Numbered from the stretch's first letter, positions 23,113 through 34,436 are shown. The stretch: 64,000 bases of DNA from Diplonema japonicum (GCA_964019335.1 OZ025650.1:620001-684000); one strand, 5' to 3'. Program-made: numbers and translations. Notes: generated by a model from the sequence alone, not told the origin.

Positions 23113-25365
23113 TGCGGTTTCCCCCATTCTTTTTTTTTTTCTTCCCTCCCTCCCCTCTCTTTTTTTTTTTCAGTTGTGATAAAAAAAAAAAAGATTGAGG
23201 AAAGGAGGGAGGGGGGAGAAAGAAAAAGTAAAGGGAGAAAAAAAAAAGAAAAAAAAAGACTTACCCCTTTTTTTTCTCGTAAAAATACCCCGAGTAACAG
23301 CCTCCCCCCTTCCCCTTCTCCCCTCAATGGCTTTCAGGTCAGGCGGGCGACTAGTACCGCAATCGATGAACACCGGTTTTTTTTTAAGGGATTTTATTTA
23401 TGTGTCCCGATGTTTTCCTTTTATGCGCCAGTTCTTTTTTTTCTTTTTAAAATCCCCCCTACTGCAACTGAAGTCTTCATTATGTTAAGTGCCCACAGAA
23501 GGGGGGAGGGGGGGGATGTATAACGAGAGCAGACGAAACGAATAGAGGGAGGTGAAATATGGTTTTCGTTTTTTTTTTTCCCTTCTTTTTTCTCCTCCGT
23601 TGTTTCCGTCTGTCTATCTGACATCCTTCCCCGTGGTGGTTCTTCCGTGGTGGTGGTGATGTGTGTTTAAAAAAAAAGATGAAGCGCAACGTGGGTTGCA
23701 GCAACCGACAAAAAGTATTTTTTAAAAAAGATTTTCTCCTTCTCTACACTAGTATTTCTTTTATTATTATTATTTTGCTCTTTTCTTTCTAACGGGGCGG
23801 AAGGGGGCAGCAATTTTATTTAATTGAAAATACCCCCCTCTTCCCCCAAGGGAAAACATCCACATCGGTTAGCGCAATTATATTTCTCACTTCGGCCCGG
23901 GCCCGGGTTTCCCCCCCCCTTCAAAAATGGCCCTTTGGTACACTTCAAACAGAGGCCTGTTCAAAGAAGAGAAAGAAGTAAGAAGAAAAATAAAATAAAA
24001 ATTCTAAAGCTTTTCTCGAGACGGCACAAAACCCCCCCCCCCCCCTCCAACTAACTTTACTAACTTCTATTTTTTGTATATCTTTTTGCTCTAGTTTTTT
24101 TATAACATTCATTATATGCACTATGAAAAGAAAAAGTGCAACCCACAAAAAAAAACCCCCCCCTCCTTTTTCCCTATGCTGCACCTGCAAAGGCCTATTC
24201 TATTTGCAGTGCTCAGTCCACACCCTCTCTTTTGATTTTCTTTTACCCTTTCTTCACACCCGTTTCCCTCTTGTCTCATGTTTACTTTCAAGATTAGCTG
24301 CCTTGAAACAAGAAATTGGAACGAGACAGGAGGGGAATAAGGGGGGAGAAATCCAGAAGCTCTCTCTTTCTTTTTCTGTTATATTTTCTTTGATAACCTC
24401 ATTATCAAAAAAAAAAGGAGGGGAAAAGGGGTACGAAAAGGGAAAAAGAAAAAGTTGGAAGAAAGTGATGTTTTTCTTTTTTTTTTGTTCTCTTCTTTTT
24501 TTTTTTTTTATTTCTCTTTCTTTCCTCGGTGGGGTCTAGTTGCTAAAAGCTTTCTGTATCTGTTTTTACTACGAAATTAAAAAAAAGAAGAAAAAAAAAA
24601 GAGTTTTTTTTTTAACATGAGCTCTTTTTACTTCAAAAAAAAAAAGAAAACAAATAACCCCCCCCGTCGGGGCGGCGCAAGAAAAGAAGAACGAACGAGA
24701 AAAAAAAAATGAGAGGGCGAAATGCCCATATTTCTTCTTTTTTGTTGTTGTAGAAAAGCTGCTTAAGCAAACTACATTGGTTCTCAATAGCAAAGACGTC
24801 CTTTTCTCTCTTTAATCTCTTTCTCCTTGACCCTCTCTGCACAAATGCTGGCCGATAGGACGAAGCTCCAAAAGGGGTGCATGAATTGTTTTTAAGGCAT
24901 GCGGCTTTCGCTCTGGGAGTTTGCATGTTAATTTGAGTTTTAACCCCCCCCCATTCCCCCTTGTCCCCCCCTCTGGCGCAAACTTCTTTATTCTTTATTT
25001 TTTTAAAGGGGAACGCAACTGTTGCTCATTTTCTTTTTTTTTTTAATATTTCCTCCCTTCCTCTCGTGTTTTTTTTTTCCCCTTTATATTTCTTCTTTAT
25101 TTCTTCCTACAAACGTTCTTTCTCCCCTCCTCCCCCCTTTTTTTTTTCAAAAAAGGTTTTTAGAAAAAAAAATCGAACGCAAACCAGCGTTTCATGTGTT
25201 ACAAGCATCTCTCTCAGGAGCATAATTTGTAACCATTGTGCGCACCCCAAGAACATCTTGCTCATATTCTCCTTTTTCTTTTCTTTCCCCCCCCCCTTTT
25301 TTTCCACTCTTTTGCTAGATTGTTAATGTACCTGTTGCGAACACCAACCCTAACATAGGCCGATC

Positions 25366-27307
25366 ATGAATATCATGCTGAGATCGGCACCCCGCAACCT
25401 GGGTGTCAGGCACCTGTCGAGGAAGGAGGAGGAAGTACCAGGAATTCTGCTGGATTCAAAAACGGTTACAAGGAAGGAGACAAAAAAAATGGGCACGAAG
25501 GGAAGACAGGGAATGATGGACCGAGCAAAACAATTGGCAGCAAGAACAGGGAAAGGGAGGACAACACCAATCGAGAAGTACCACGAACGGGCACTGCAGG
25601 AAGAGAGGGAAACGATGGATGAGAAACCAGATGACATGTACACCCTTACAAGGACTACCCGGCAGTCGTTCTTGACCCCCAACCACGCTTCGGTCGCTTT
25701 TCTCGACCACCCCGAGAACACTCCTAGGCCTGTTATAAGCTTCAACGCCCACTCACAAAAACTACCTAATTTTTTAAGGTGTGTGTACAAAAAGGGGGAA
25801 AAAAAAGAGGAAAAACAGTTCTAAATACGTACCGAGCTACCAGAACCGCATGAACGCCCCTGTCGTCAGCCCCCAGTCGATGATCCCGACAAATTTTTGG
25901 GAGCAACAAGCGACGCTCCCCACTTCCTCTCTTCCACCGAAGGCTCTCGCAGGTCCTGAAGAGGGAATGGGGCTTTTTCTTAACCCTGTGGCAGATGCGC
26001 TTGCGCTGCCGGACACGAGTCATGCTGAACCTGCAGCCGCACCGGCAGGCATCAAGCCTTACATGGTATGGGGGGGCAATAACAATAGCAAAAGCAATGC
26101 ACAGCCCAACTATGCGTCATCTGGTCTAGTGTACCGTGTGAGGGATCGGGTTTCGAAAACATGCGGGTGGGGTGTGCAGCACTCAGCTGGCGGGAAAGGT
26201 AACCAACTTGGAGTCACGGTGTTCGAATGGGGCGTGGACCTGGACGGGCCCTTGCCGGGGAAGGAGTACTGGAAAGCAAAGATCCTCGAGGCTTACGAGC
26301 TGAGACTGCAAACCTTGAACCTTGCTAACAACAGCGGGTACCGCCTTGTGAACGGGATGGGGGACTTCATCCCAGGCCTCATTGCGGACGTCTACGGGCC
26401 CGCCGCAGTTGTCGTGACAGACGACCCTGCACACGGTGCCTACGCTGCCCTCCGTGAGGTGCTCGAGGCTGTTGGTGTTAAACACATTCTTGTCACCGAT
26501 GCCTCGAACAGGAACTTCATCAAGTCTGCTGGCAAGTACTTACAAAACGCGCCTGAGAATTCTCATATCATGCTGCCCTCGCGTCACTGGGATGTGGGTG
26601 GTGTCGCTTCTGTCCAATTTACGGAGAACGGGATCCGCTACGTGTGGAAGCCCAGCCTAGTGGAGCACGCGCACACAGGGCACTACTTCAGACACCGTAC
26701 AGTGAAACAGCTGTTGATGTCTGTGGCAAAAGACAAGGTGTGCAAAGTAAACACAACACATACACTTACACAGAGCGTGCTCGACTTGTTTGCGGGAACA
26801 GGAGGGTTCGGTATAGCAGCGGCAGTGGCAGGGGCAGCTAAAGTGACCTTTGTGGAGACAGACCCCGAGTACTGCAAAGCGATAGGACAGAACTTGTCGC
26901 TTCAGATGCCTGAGGAGGACTGGTCTACGTTCTGCAGAATAGAACAACTAAGGGTGCACGAGGTGCAGATTCAGACCCGCTTCGATATTGTGGTTATGGA
27001 CCCACCCGACATCGTCACGAACCCCCACGACCCTGAAAGTCAGGAGCTCAGCCCCTCCCACAAGAAGTATTATAGAACAGCCCTCGGTGTCGCCCTCCGG
27101 CGTGTTGCACGCGGCGGGAAGCTCTTCTGCATCCTGAACAACGTGTCCATCGACCTTCCCAACTTCACAAGCTTTGTCGCCAAGGAGGCGCAAAAGCAGT
27201 ACCTCTCCCTCTCCGTCATCCGAACCATCACAACGCCACCCGACTTCCCTAGCAACGTAGCTCTCAAGCGGCCAGGGTATCTGGGCATTGTGATGCAGGT
27301 CAGTTAA
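25366..27307 (+). CDS. RlmI-fold SAM-dependent RNA methyltransferase-like protein, possibly mitochondrial; exons 25366-25778, 25819-26737, 26774-27307; 621 aa
   Basis: YRLVNGMGDFIPGLIADVYG, SVLDLFAGTGGF (motif I), FDIVVMDPP (motif IV); Arg/Leu/Ser-rich N-terminus. Introns 25779-25818 and 26738-26773 (in frame, stop-free). Confidence 0.85.
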
Positions 27308-27366
27308 GCACCTTAGTATCATTCCACACGGAGCACGCGGCCTCTTCAGACATTACAGGCACCAAA

Positions 27367-29106
27367 ATGAGCCGCCTCGACCAAATGCTGTCAAAGGGCA
27401 GGTATGAGCTGCGAAAGGGCAACTGGAAAGTTGGGTTTCCGGGAGAAGAGGCCACTGCTGAAGGCATGGTGTTCGCAAACTGCTGGAAGTCATTGGGGGA
27501 AGCATACGAAGAGTGTTTTGAGACGTTCAAGGAGAGGACCTTTGTGGTTGCGGATGACAGGGTGATGGGATTCAGCGAGTTCTGGGAAAAGGCTCAGATC
27601 CTGGCCGCTGCTATGGCGCGGTGCGGGGTGCAAAAAGGTGACAGGGTGGGCATTGTGGGTCGCAACACACCAGAGTACCTTCTTGCATTTGTAGCTGCGA
27701 CGCTGATGGGTGGGGTGGTGGTGCCTTTGAACAGTTGGTGGAAAGGTCCGGAACTGGAGTACGGTATCATTGATGCTGGGCTGAAGGTAATTTTCGCGGA
27801 CCCAAAGCGTTACGAAAATCTCTGCAAAATCTTAGGCAGGGTACCTGTCACCACCGTGATCATGTCACATGAACAGCAGCACATTCCTGTCGTGTCGAAG
27901 GATACGTATTTTTTCGACGACTTTTGCAACTTCGAATGTCCCACAGCCCTCCGGATTCACAAAGAGCATGTGAGACGTGTGCACGTTATGCCTGACGACA
28001 CCGCGTGCATCATGTACACCTCAGGCTCCACAGGCCATCCTAAGGGCGTCACTCTCTCACACCGTGGGATTTGCCATTCCATGTTTTTCACCAAACTCGG
28101 CTATGACGTGGTCAAGTCTCCACCCATCGACGTCTTTTTGTGCCCTGTCCCCATGTTTCATGTCACGGCTTCACACCACGTGTTCTTGGCTTCGTTGGTG
28201 CGAGGTGGGAAGATGGTGCTCATGGAGAGGTGGGATCCGAAAGATGCCTTGGAAAAAATACAAAGAGAAAAAGTGAACAGACTAACCGGCGTGCCCACCA
28301 TGATGCAGGATCTTCTGGAGCACCCGGACTTCCACAAGTACGATACGTCGTCGCTCCGAGGGCTCATGGCAGGGGGTGCACCTACACCCGTGAAACAAGT
28401 CGTCGAGGTTTCGCAAAAGTTTAGCAAGGCCAAGGCATCCTCTGGGTACGGGTTGACTGAGACAAACGGTGGTGTTGCGACCATAAGGGGGAAGGAGTAT
28501 CTGGCCCGCCCCACCTCTGTCGGTAAGCCCGGTGCTTTGGTAAAGTTCATAGTAGTGAAACCAGGCGGAACTGAGCTTGTGCCTGACGGAGAGAGTGGCG
28601 AGCTGCTCATCAAGACTTGCATGTCCTTCACCCACTACTGGAAGAAGAAGGACGCCACAAGGGAAGCCTTAGTATCAGTGCCTGGACACGGTCACGGGTG
28701 GTTCCGCACAGGAGACGTGGGAAAGCTCGACGCAGAAGGGTACTGCTATCTACTAGACAGAGTGAAGGACATAATCATAAGGGGTGGTGAGAACATCAGC
28801 TGTGCTGAGGTGGAATCAGCATTCTTCTCCACAGGCCTGTTTCACGAAGTTGCGTGCTTCGGGTTGAAGCACTCGCGTTTTGGTGAGGTCCCCGCCATCC
28901 TCCTTCGCCCAAAGGCGAATGTCGCCACCCCGTCGCCGCAGCATGTGCTGTCTCTCATCGCCTCGGCCCTGGCATCCTTTAAAACCCCTGCTCCGGAAAA
29001 CATCTTCTTCACGACGGACCCCTTGCCCAAGGGCGGTACAGGAAAGACGCTGAAGCGTGTGATACGAAACCAGTACAACGCTAAGGCGGAAGACGCGAAG
29101 CTGTGA
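27367..29106 (+). CDS. AMP-dependent acyl-CoA synthetase (fatty acid-CoA ligase family) with C-terminal PTS1 (-AKL)
   Basis: YTSGSTGHPKG, GYGLTET, FRTGD, RVKDIIIRGGENI, LPKGGTGK; ends AKL. Confidence 0.92.
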   Translation: MSRLDQMLSKGRYELRKGNWKVGFPGEEATAEGMVFANCWKSLGEAYEECFETFKERTFVVADDRVMGFSEFWEKAQILAAAMARCGVQKGDRVGIVGRNTPEYLLAFVAATLMGGVVVPLNSWWKGPELEYGIIDAGLKVIFADPKRYENLCKILGRVPVTTVIMSHEQQHIPVVSKDTYFFDDFCNFECPTALRIHKEHVRRVHVMPDDTACIMYTSGSTGHPKGVTLSHRGICHSMFFTKLGYDVVKSPPIDVFLCPVPMFHVTASHHVFLASLVRGGKMVLMERWDPKDALEKIQREKVNRLTGVPTMMQDLLEHPDFHKYDTSSLRGLMAGGAPTPVKQVVEVSQKFSKAKASSGYGLTETNGGVATIRGKEYLARPTSVGKPGALVKFIVVKPGGTELVPDGESGELLIKTCMSFTHYWKKKDATREALVSVPGHGHGWFRTGDVGKLDAEGYCYLLDRVKDIIIRGGENISCAEVESAFFSTGLFHEVACFGLKHSRFGEVPAILLRPKANVATPSPQHVLSLIASALASFKTPAPENIFFTTDPLPKGGTGKTLKRVIRNQYNAKAEDAKL

Positions 29107-29222
29107 GACTAATACTGATTCGTGCTTCGTGGAACAATCGCTAACGTATTTGCTCTGATTTATATCCCACATTATATAACTCACTATATCCACATTGCAG
29201 ACGGGAGCGAACGGCTCTTAAA

Positions 29223-30617
29223 ATGAGCGTGGCCGTGGTGTCCCCTCAGCGAGTGCGGCACGTGGAGGAGATGGCAGCGGCGTTGATGGAGAAGTACGTA
29301 CAGCTGCAAGGCGAATTCGACTGCGTGGAGGTAGAGAGGGACGCTGCCCTCGACAGAGTGAGGGAGTTGGAGGAGAAGATACGAGAGTACGACTTTGATC
29401 TGCAAACAGAAAGAGAGCGGTACAACTATGTAACAGAAGAGGTGCACAGATTAGAAGAGCAAGCGGCGAAGAAGGATGCTAAGTACGCAGCAGAGCGGCA
29501 GCAGCTCATCCATGCCGTGACCCAGCGGGAGTACCAGTGGGAGAAGGAGAGGACAGGGTTGATTAAGACGATGAAGCGGTCGGCGGGAACGGGCGGCATC
29601 TCGAAAAAAACACAGACAGAAGCCCCCCGCATGTATGACAGGGCAACCCTCACACGGCCTCCGTTGAAGTTTAACACCAGTACATCCACCGACACTTTTC
29701 ACACCACTATGATTTCGCAGGGGACAAAAACAACACCAACTCCTGTTGCCGACCAAGGCACCAACACCGACTGTCTTATTGAAGAAGAAGACGACTGTGT
29801 AGTCTCGTCCCACACCGCGTCCCTCAGCCCTCTTTCGTCGTCTCCTCGCATTCGGTCACCTAGGAGTCTTTCTAGCAGGCCGCACCAAATTCTATCTCCC
29901 ACTCCATCTCCTTACAGGGAAACGTCGCGTGTTTCTTACTCAGCACGGTCTTCATCTCCGTATTGGGAGAAACAAGAAGATAAGTGCCGGTCGGTGTCTC
30001 GGGGACAGAACGTTGTGTGGACAACGGATTCACTAATCTCGGAGATGCTGAAAGTAGATGGACGGGCAGAGATAGAGGAAGAGGAAAGGGAAGAAGAGCA
30101 GGGACAAGACATTCTGATGTCGCCACCGATTCGAGTAATAGCGCCTGAAGGGTCTTTAGGGAGAGAAACAGCAGTATTCATGCACAGCCCGCCAAGGGAG
30201 AGAAGCACAGATGTGGAAGAGGAAGTGATCGATGGAGAAGTTGAAGTACTGGCACAGCACTCTGGAGCAAGATTAACATGGCCAGTTGGCGCGCTGTGCA
30301 AAACGAATCACGGTGTGGAAGGCAGGGTGAGGGGCCGTGTAGCCGATGGGTTCATTGTAGAGACCCCCTCCTCTCCTACATCCAGCACCTTCTGCAGAAG
30401 ACAGGACCTTAAAATCCTTCCATCCGAAGAGGACACACTGTCCTCACCCACTCTCTCTTCCCTGTCGTCGTCGCAGGATACGTACAAGCCAAGGTCTCTA
30501 GAGCTGGACAAGTACCCACGCAGCCTCCATCCAGGGCACTATCAGCAGACCAGTCAACGGGCCGGCATGGCCTATACTCCGAAGAAATACACTCTCGCAA
30601 AACTCGCGGGTTGTTAG
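29223..30617 (+). CDS. Hypothetical protein: N-terminal coiled coil, Ser/Pro/Thr-rich disordered middle
   Basis: 464-aa ORF in cluster orientation; heptad E/K/L/Q-rich first ~115 aa. Confidence 0.75.
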   Translation: MSVAVVSPQRVRHVEEMAAALMEKYVQLQGEFDCVEVERDAALDRVRELEEKIREYDFDLQTERERYNYVTEEVHRLEEQAAKKDAKYAAERQQLIHAVTQREYQWEKERTGLIKTMKRSAGTGGISKKTQTEAPRMYDRATLTRPPLKFNTSTSTDTFHTTMISQGTKTTPTPVADQGTNTDCLIEEEDDCVVSSHTASLSPLSSSPRIRSPRSLSSRPHQILSPTPSPYRETSRVSYSARSSSPYWEKQEDKCRSVSRGQNVVWTTDSLISEMLKVDGRAEIEEEEREEEQGQDILMSPPIRVIAPEGSLGRETAVFMHSPPRERSTDVEEEVIDGEVEVLAQHSGARLTWPVGALCKTNHGVEGRVRGRVADGFIVETPSSPTSSTFCRRQDLKILPSEEDTLSSPTLSSLSSSQDTYKPRSLELDKYPRSLHPGHYQQTSQRAGMAYTPKKYTLAKLAGC

Positions 30618-30719
30618 ATGTACCATCCCCTACCCCCCCGCCCCATGTTTTCCTGCTTCACAATGTATTAGTGCTAAAAGATAAAATTTGATGCGTCACG
30701 AACCGCAAGCAGAGACACC

Positions 30720-31646
30720 ATGTCCGTGCGATACAAAGTGTTCTGCAAGACGGCGTTCACGTCGAGCAGAGCCCTGGCGAAGCTTGACCCCCGTCCTCTG
30801 CCCGTGGAGTGGGCTAGAATGGCCGTGGACATGATCCCTGAAGTCGCATTGCCGTTCGGCGGGAAGAACACTACACGCCACGGCCTGCCTTGCTGGGAGC
30901 TTGAAGGAACTGACGCACGAAACGCGACAAAGCTCGTCATTTATTTACACGGCGGAGGGTACCTTATGGGGAGCACGAAGATCATACGCGGGTTGGTTTC
31001 CAGGATACAGCAAAAAACAGGGCTAGGTGTGCTTGGGGTTGACTATCGTCTGGCTCCGGAGAACCCATTGCCTGCTGCTGTAGATGATGCTGTGGGTGTG
31101 TACAAGGAGCTTAGTACTGCGGGGTACAGCGTGTGTTTGGCGGGAGACTCAGCAGGGGGCGGGTTGGTGTTGTTGGCACTGCAGAAGATACGGGATGAGG
31201 GATTGAAGATGCCGTTTTGTGCTGTGGCTGTGTCACCGTTCGCAGACTTGGTGGGCAACAGTGCCTCGTTTGTAAAGAACCACGAGAAGGACGTGATTCT
31301 TGGGGGGTTTCCTAAAGAAACCTTCTCTGACGCGGTCAGCATGATGATCGGCAACACAGACATTACGGGCGCCACGATCGCCTCTAACGACCCTGCCTCC
31401 CCAATCTACTCTCCCCTATATGGATCTTTCACGTCGCTCCCACCTCTCAAAATCCTCGTTGGTACCACCGAAATCCTCCTTGATGATTCTTTAGCCGTTG
31501 CAGAGAAGGCCTCCGCTCAAGGCGTCGATGTCGATCTTGAAATCGTGCCTGAAATGGTCCACTCCTGTCCTGTATTCACCCCCATGTTCCCTGAGGCAAC
31601 GAAAGGTGCGGATTCCATGTCCGAGTTTATTCTAAAACATATCTAA
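30720..31646 (+). CDS. Alpha/beta hydrolase, hormone-sensitive-lipase-like esterase family
   Basis: YLHGGGY, VDYRLAPE, AGDSAGG, VGTTEILLDD, EMVH. Confidence 0.93.
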   Translation: MSVRYKVFCKTAFTSSRALAKLDPRPLPVEWARMAVDMIPEVALPFGGKNTTRHGLPCWELEGTDARNATKLVIYLHGGGYLMGSTKIIRGLVSRIQQKTGLGVLGVDYRLAPENPLPAAVDDAVGVYKELSTAGYSVCLAGDSAGGGLVLLALQKIRDEGLKMPFCAVAVSPFADLVGNSASFVKNHEKDVILGGFPKETFSDAVSMMIGNTDITGATIASNDPASPIYSPLYGSFTSLPPLKILVGTTEILLDDSLAVAEKASAQGVDVDLEIVPEMVHSCPVFTPMFPEATKGADSMSEFILKHI

Positions 31647-31651
31647 TTCAA

Positions 31652-34059
31652 ATGAGGACCTATCTACTCAAGGCAATCTTTGCCGTATCACTTAATGGAT
31701 ACGACCCTCTCAGTTTTTTGCCTCCAGGTGCATTCAGTACCGAGGGGGACGAATTTTATTCTAGTGCTAAATTTACCCCTGGCCATCATTTGAGCAGGGA
31801 TTACAGTATGATGCGCCCTTTAAGCATGGCTACGCGGATAGGGTTGGTGAATCTGCGGAAAGGTGATGACCTTGGGAAGATAGCGAAGGCAGTTGAAAGG
31901 ACGGAGACGAAGCTGTACATCTCGATCCCGATGGTGGATAATGAGGACAGTGCGTCGCTGCAGCAGAGGATGGGAAAGGTGTACTACACTGCGTTTAACG
32001 GCGGGCCAAACGTTGACACGATGGTGCTGCTAAACGGTCCCGAGTCATCGCCGCCCGATGCTTCGGCTCTGTTCGGGTACGAAGACGAGCAGGACCTGGC
32101 GAACAAGTTGTCCCTTGAAATGTGCATCATCCCTCAGACCGACACAGGCACGCTCATGGTGCCCTCTGTCTCTGAGAACACCGTTGTCGAGAAGTACCAG
32201 CACGTCTGTATGGGCGGAACCTTCGACAGACTGCACGTTGGGCAGAAGTTACTGCTCACCTTCGCCGCTATGACCGTCAACAAGGAAGGTGGCAGGCTCT
32301 TTTGCGGCATAGCCGGCGACGCCCTTTTCAAAGAAAAAGCTCTCCGTGAGCTCATCGAGCCGTACGGACGCCGCTCCCGTGCCGTCTCGAAATTCCTTTC
32401 CACCATCAGCCCCAAACTGTTATTCGCCACGGGTGAGCTCAAAGACGGCTACGGCCCATCTGTCACCGACCCCCTTTTCCAAGCTATCGTGGTGACGGAA
32501 GAAACTAAGCTTGGCGGGGAGAAATGCAACACAGTGCGAGCCGAGAAAGACATGCCCATCATGGATGTTGTGTCCATGGGGCTTATCGACGGGAGCGGGC
32601 AGCTGACGGAGGACCTTGATCACAGTGCCAAGATGTCTTCCACAGGCTTGAGGCAGAAGGTCATCGGCGGCCTCCTCGACGGCGGATACATGATGTGCAA
32701 GAGGCAGTCAAGCAAGCCCTACGTCTTGGGCATCACGGGAGGCATTGCCACAGGCAAGTCAACTGTCACAAAATGGCTGGCAGAGGCCGGTGCAGAAGTT
32801 GTAGATGCCGATAAGCTGGGGCATGCAGCGTATGCAGCAGGAACACAAGGGTTCGAGGAGGTGAAGAAGGCTTTCCCCTCTGTGGTGAACGAAGAGAACG
32901 GTGACATCGACCGTAAAAAGCTGGGTGGTATCGTGTTTGGGTGTGAGGTATGCTTGTTATCACGTAACGTTGACATGTTTCTTTAGGTCGAGATGAAGCG
33001 CCTGACCGACATCGTGTGGCCCATCATCCGTGCCGCCATCCAAGAGAGAATAGCCACGTCGACCGCGCAGTTCCTCATTGTGGAGGCAGCGATCCTGAAG
33101 GAGGCTGGGTGGGAGGACCTCGTAGACGAGGTGTGGCTAACGGTGCTTCCACCGAAACTCGCGAAGGAAAGGTTGATGACACGGAACAACCTCAGCGATG
33201 AAGAAGCAGAGAAGAGGCTGGCATCGCAGCTTCCTGGGACAGAGCGTTTGAAGACAGCACACATCTTACTCACGAACCACAAGGGGCAGAAGGAGCTGCG
33301 TGAGTCCACGGAAAATGCTTGGAAAGCAGTGCAAACACGTTGGGAGGTCACGATCGAGGCCTTGGGAAAAGACAGCATCGCAGGAAGGTGGGTGGAGTTG
33401 ACTAAGACGAACCCTAAGTCGGCATACTGGTGGAGGGAACTCAGGGATAAGTACATGGGACAGGGGAGGGACTACCACAACCTGCACCATCTGGAGGAAG
33501 TATGTTTTTTAATGTAACACCCGCACACACTATTCAACCACAGATGTTCACACACTTCGAAGAGCTTAAGGAAAAGATGGTGCGGAAGGACTTGGTGTCC
33601 TACGCTATCTTCTTCCACGACATGGTGTATGATGCCACTGCAGGGGCGGGTGAGAACGAGCTCGCCTCCTCAGCAATGTGGAGGCGCTTTGCGAATGAAG
33701 CGGGTATCCCAGATGAAGACACCGCCACGGTCTCAGCATGGATCGACAGGACGGCAAACCATATGAAGGGCCCTGCAGAGGGAGACCTTGCCTACTTCCT
33801 CGACATTGACCTTGCGGTCCTTGGCCGCCCGCAGCCTCATTACTTCGAGTACGCCAATGCTATCTCCATGGAGTACTCACATGTCCCTAGCTCTATGTTC
33901 CTCGCGAAACGGCCGTTAGCCCTGCAGCCCTTCATCGATGCAGAACAGCTTTACTTCACTGCAGAAATGCGTGAGAAATACGAAGCGCAAGCTAAGGCAA
34001 ACCTGCAGAAGGAAATGCTTGTTTTGCAAGAAAAGGCAAAATGGGTGAAATGCGAGTGA
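31652..34059 (+). CDS. CoA synthase-like fusion: phosphopantetheine adenylyltransferase + dephospho-CoA kinase + C-terminal HD-domain phosphohydrolase; exons 31652-32947, 32987-33499, 33544-34059 (true start may be a downstream ATG near 31808)
   Basis: GGTFDRLHVGQK, GYGPSVTD, IVVTEET, KMSST (PPAT); GITGGIATGKST, DADKLGH, IDRKKLG (DPCK); RDYHNLHH, FFHDMVYD, FLDIDLAVLG (HD). Introns 32948-32986 and 33500-33543. Confidence 0.9.
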
Positions 34060-34289
34060 TCCTTTAATATTTTGTCCCCATTTCACCCCGCCGGCTTTAA
34101 TGTTTTTTTTTTTTTTTTTCTTTTTTAGTCTCTAGCCTCCGCTCTTCCTTTTTTAAGAAAACAGTAGACCTCGATTGAAGTAACAATGGGGGTGATCCCT
34201 CGCTGTACGCCACGGTTCCATAAGCATTGTTCTTGTTCTTTTTTTTTTCCCTTTTTTTTCGTTCACATATCTACACAACATGATATGGG

Positions 34290-34329
<40 letters not shown>

Positions 34330-34436
34330 ACAAGTGTAATGTTCTCATATTTTTCTGGAATTCCATTTTTTAAAAAGTCCAATAAATCAGAAAAAAAAAA
34401 GGCTATCAGACCACACAAAAAAAAGGGGAGGAAAGA

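Larger units (their letters stand above)
20394..25330. repeat. ~5-kb homopolymer-rich region holding only two short genes
   Basis: Alternating purine and pyrimidine tracts, (TTC)n near 20510-20529, many A/T/C/G runs. Confidence 0.85.

Noticed and set aside
13248-25326. Phe/Lys/Pro/Gly-rich ORFs in spacer DNA
   Set aside because: Translations of homopolymer runs, which are depleted of stop codons.
30645-30712. Possible short 5' exon plus intron for the esterase (ATG at 30645, intron 30665-30712, in frame)
   Set aside because: The ATG is only 27 nt after the previous stop and the donor GTATT is off-consensus; the AG is more likely a trans-splice acceptor.
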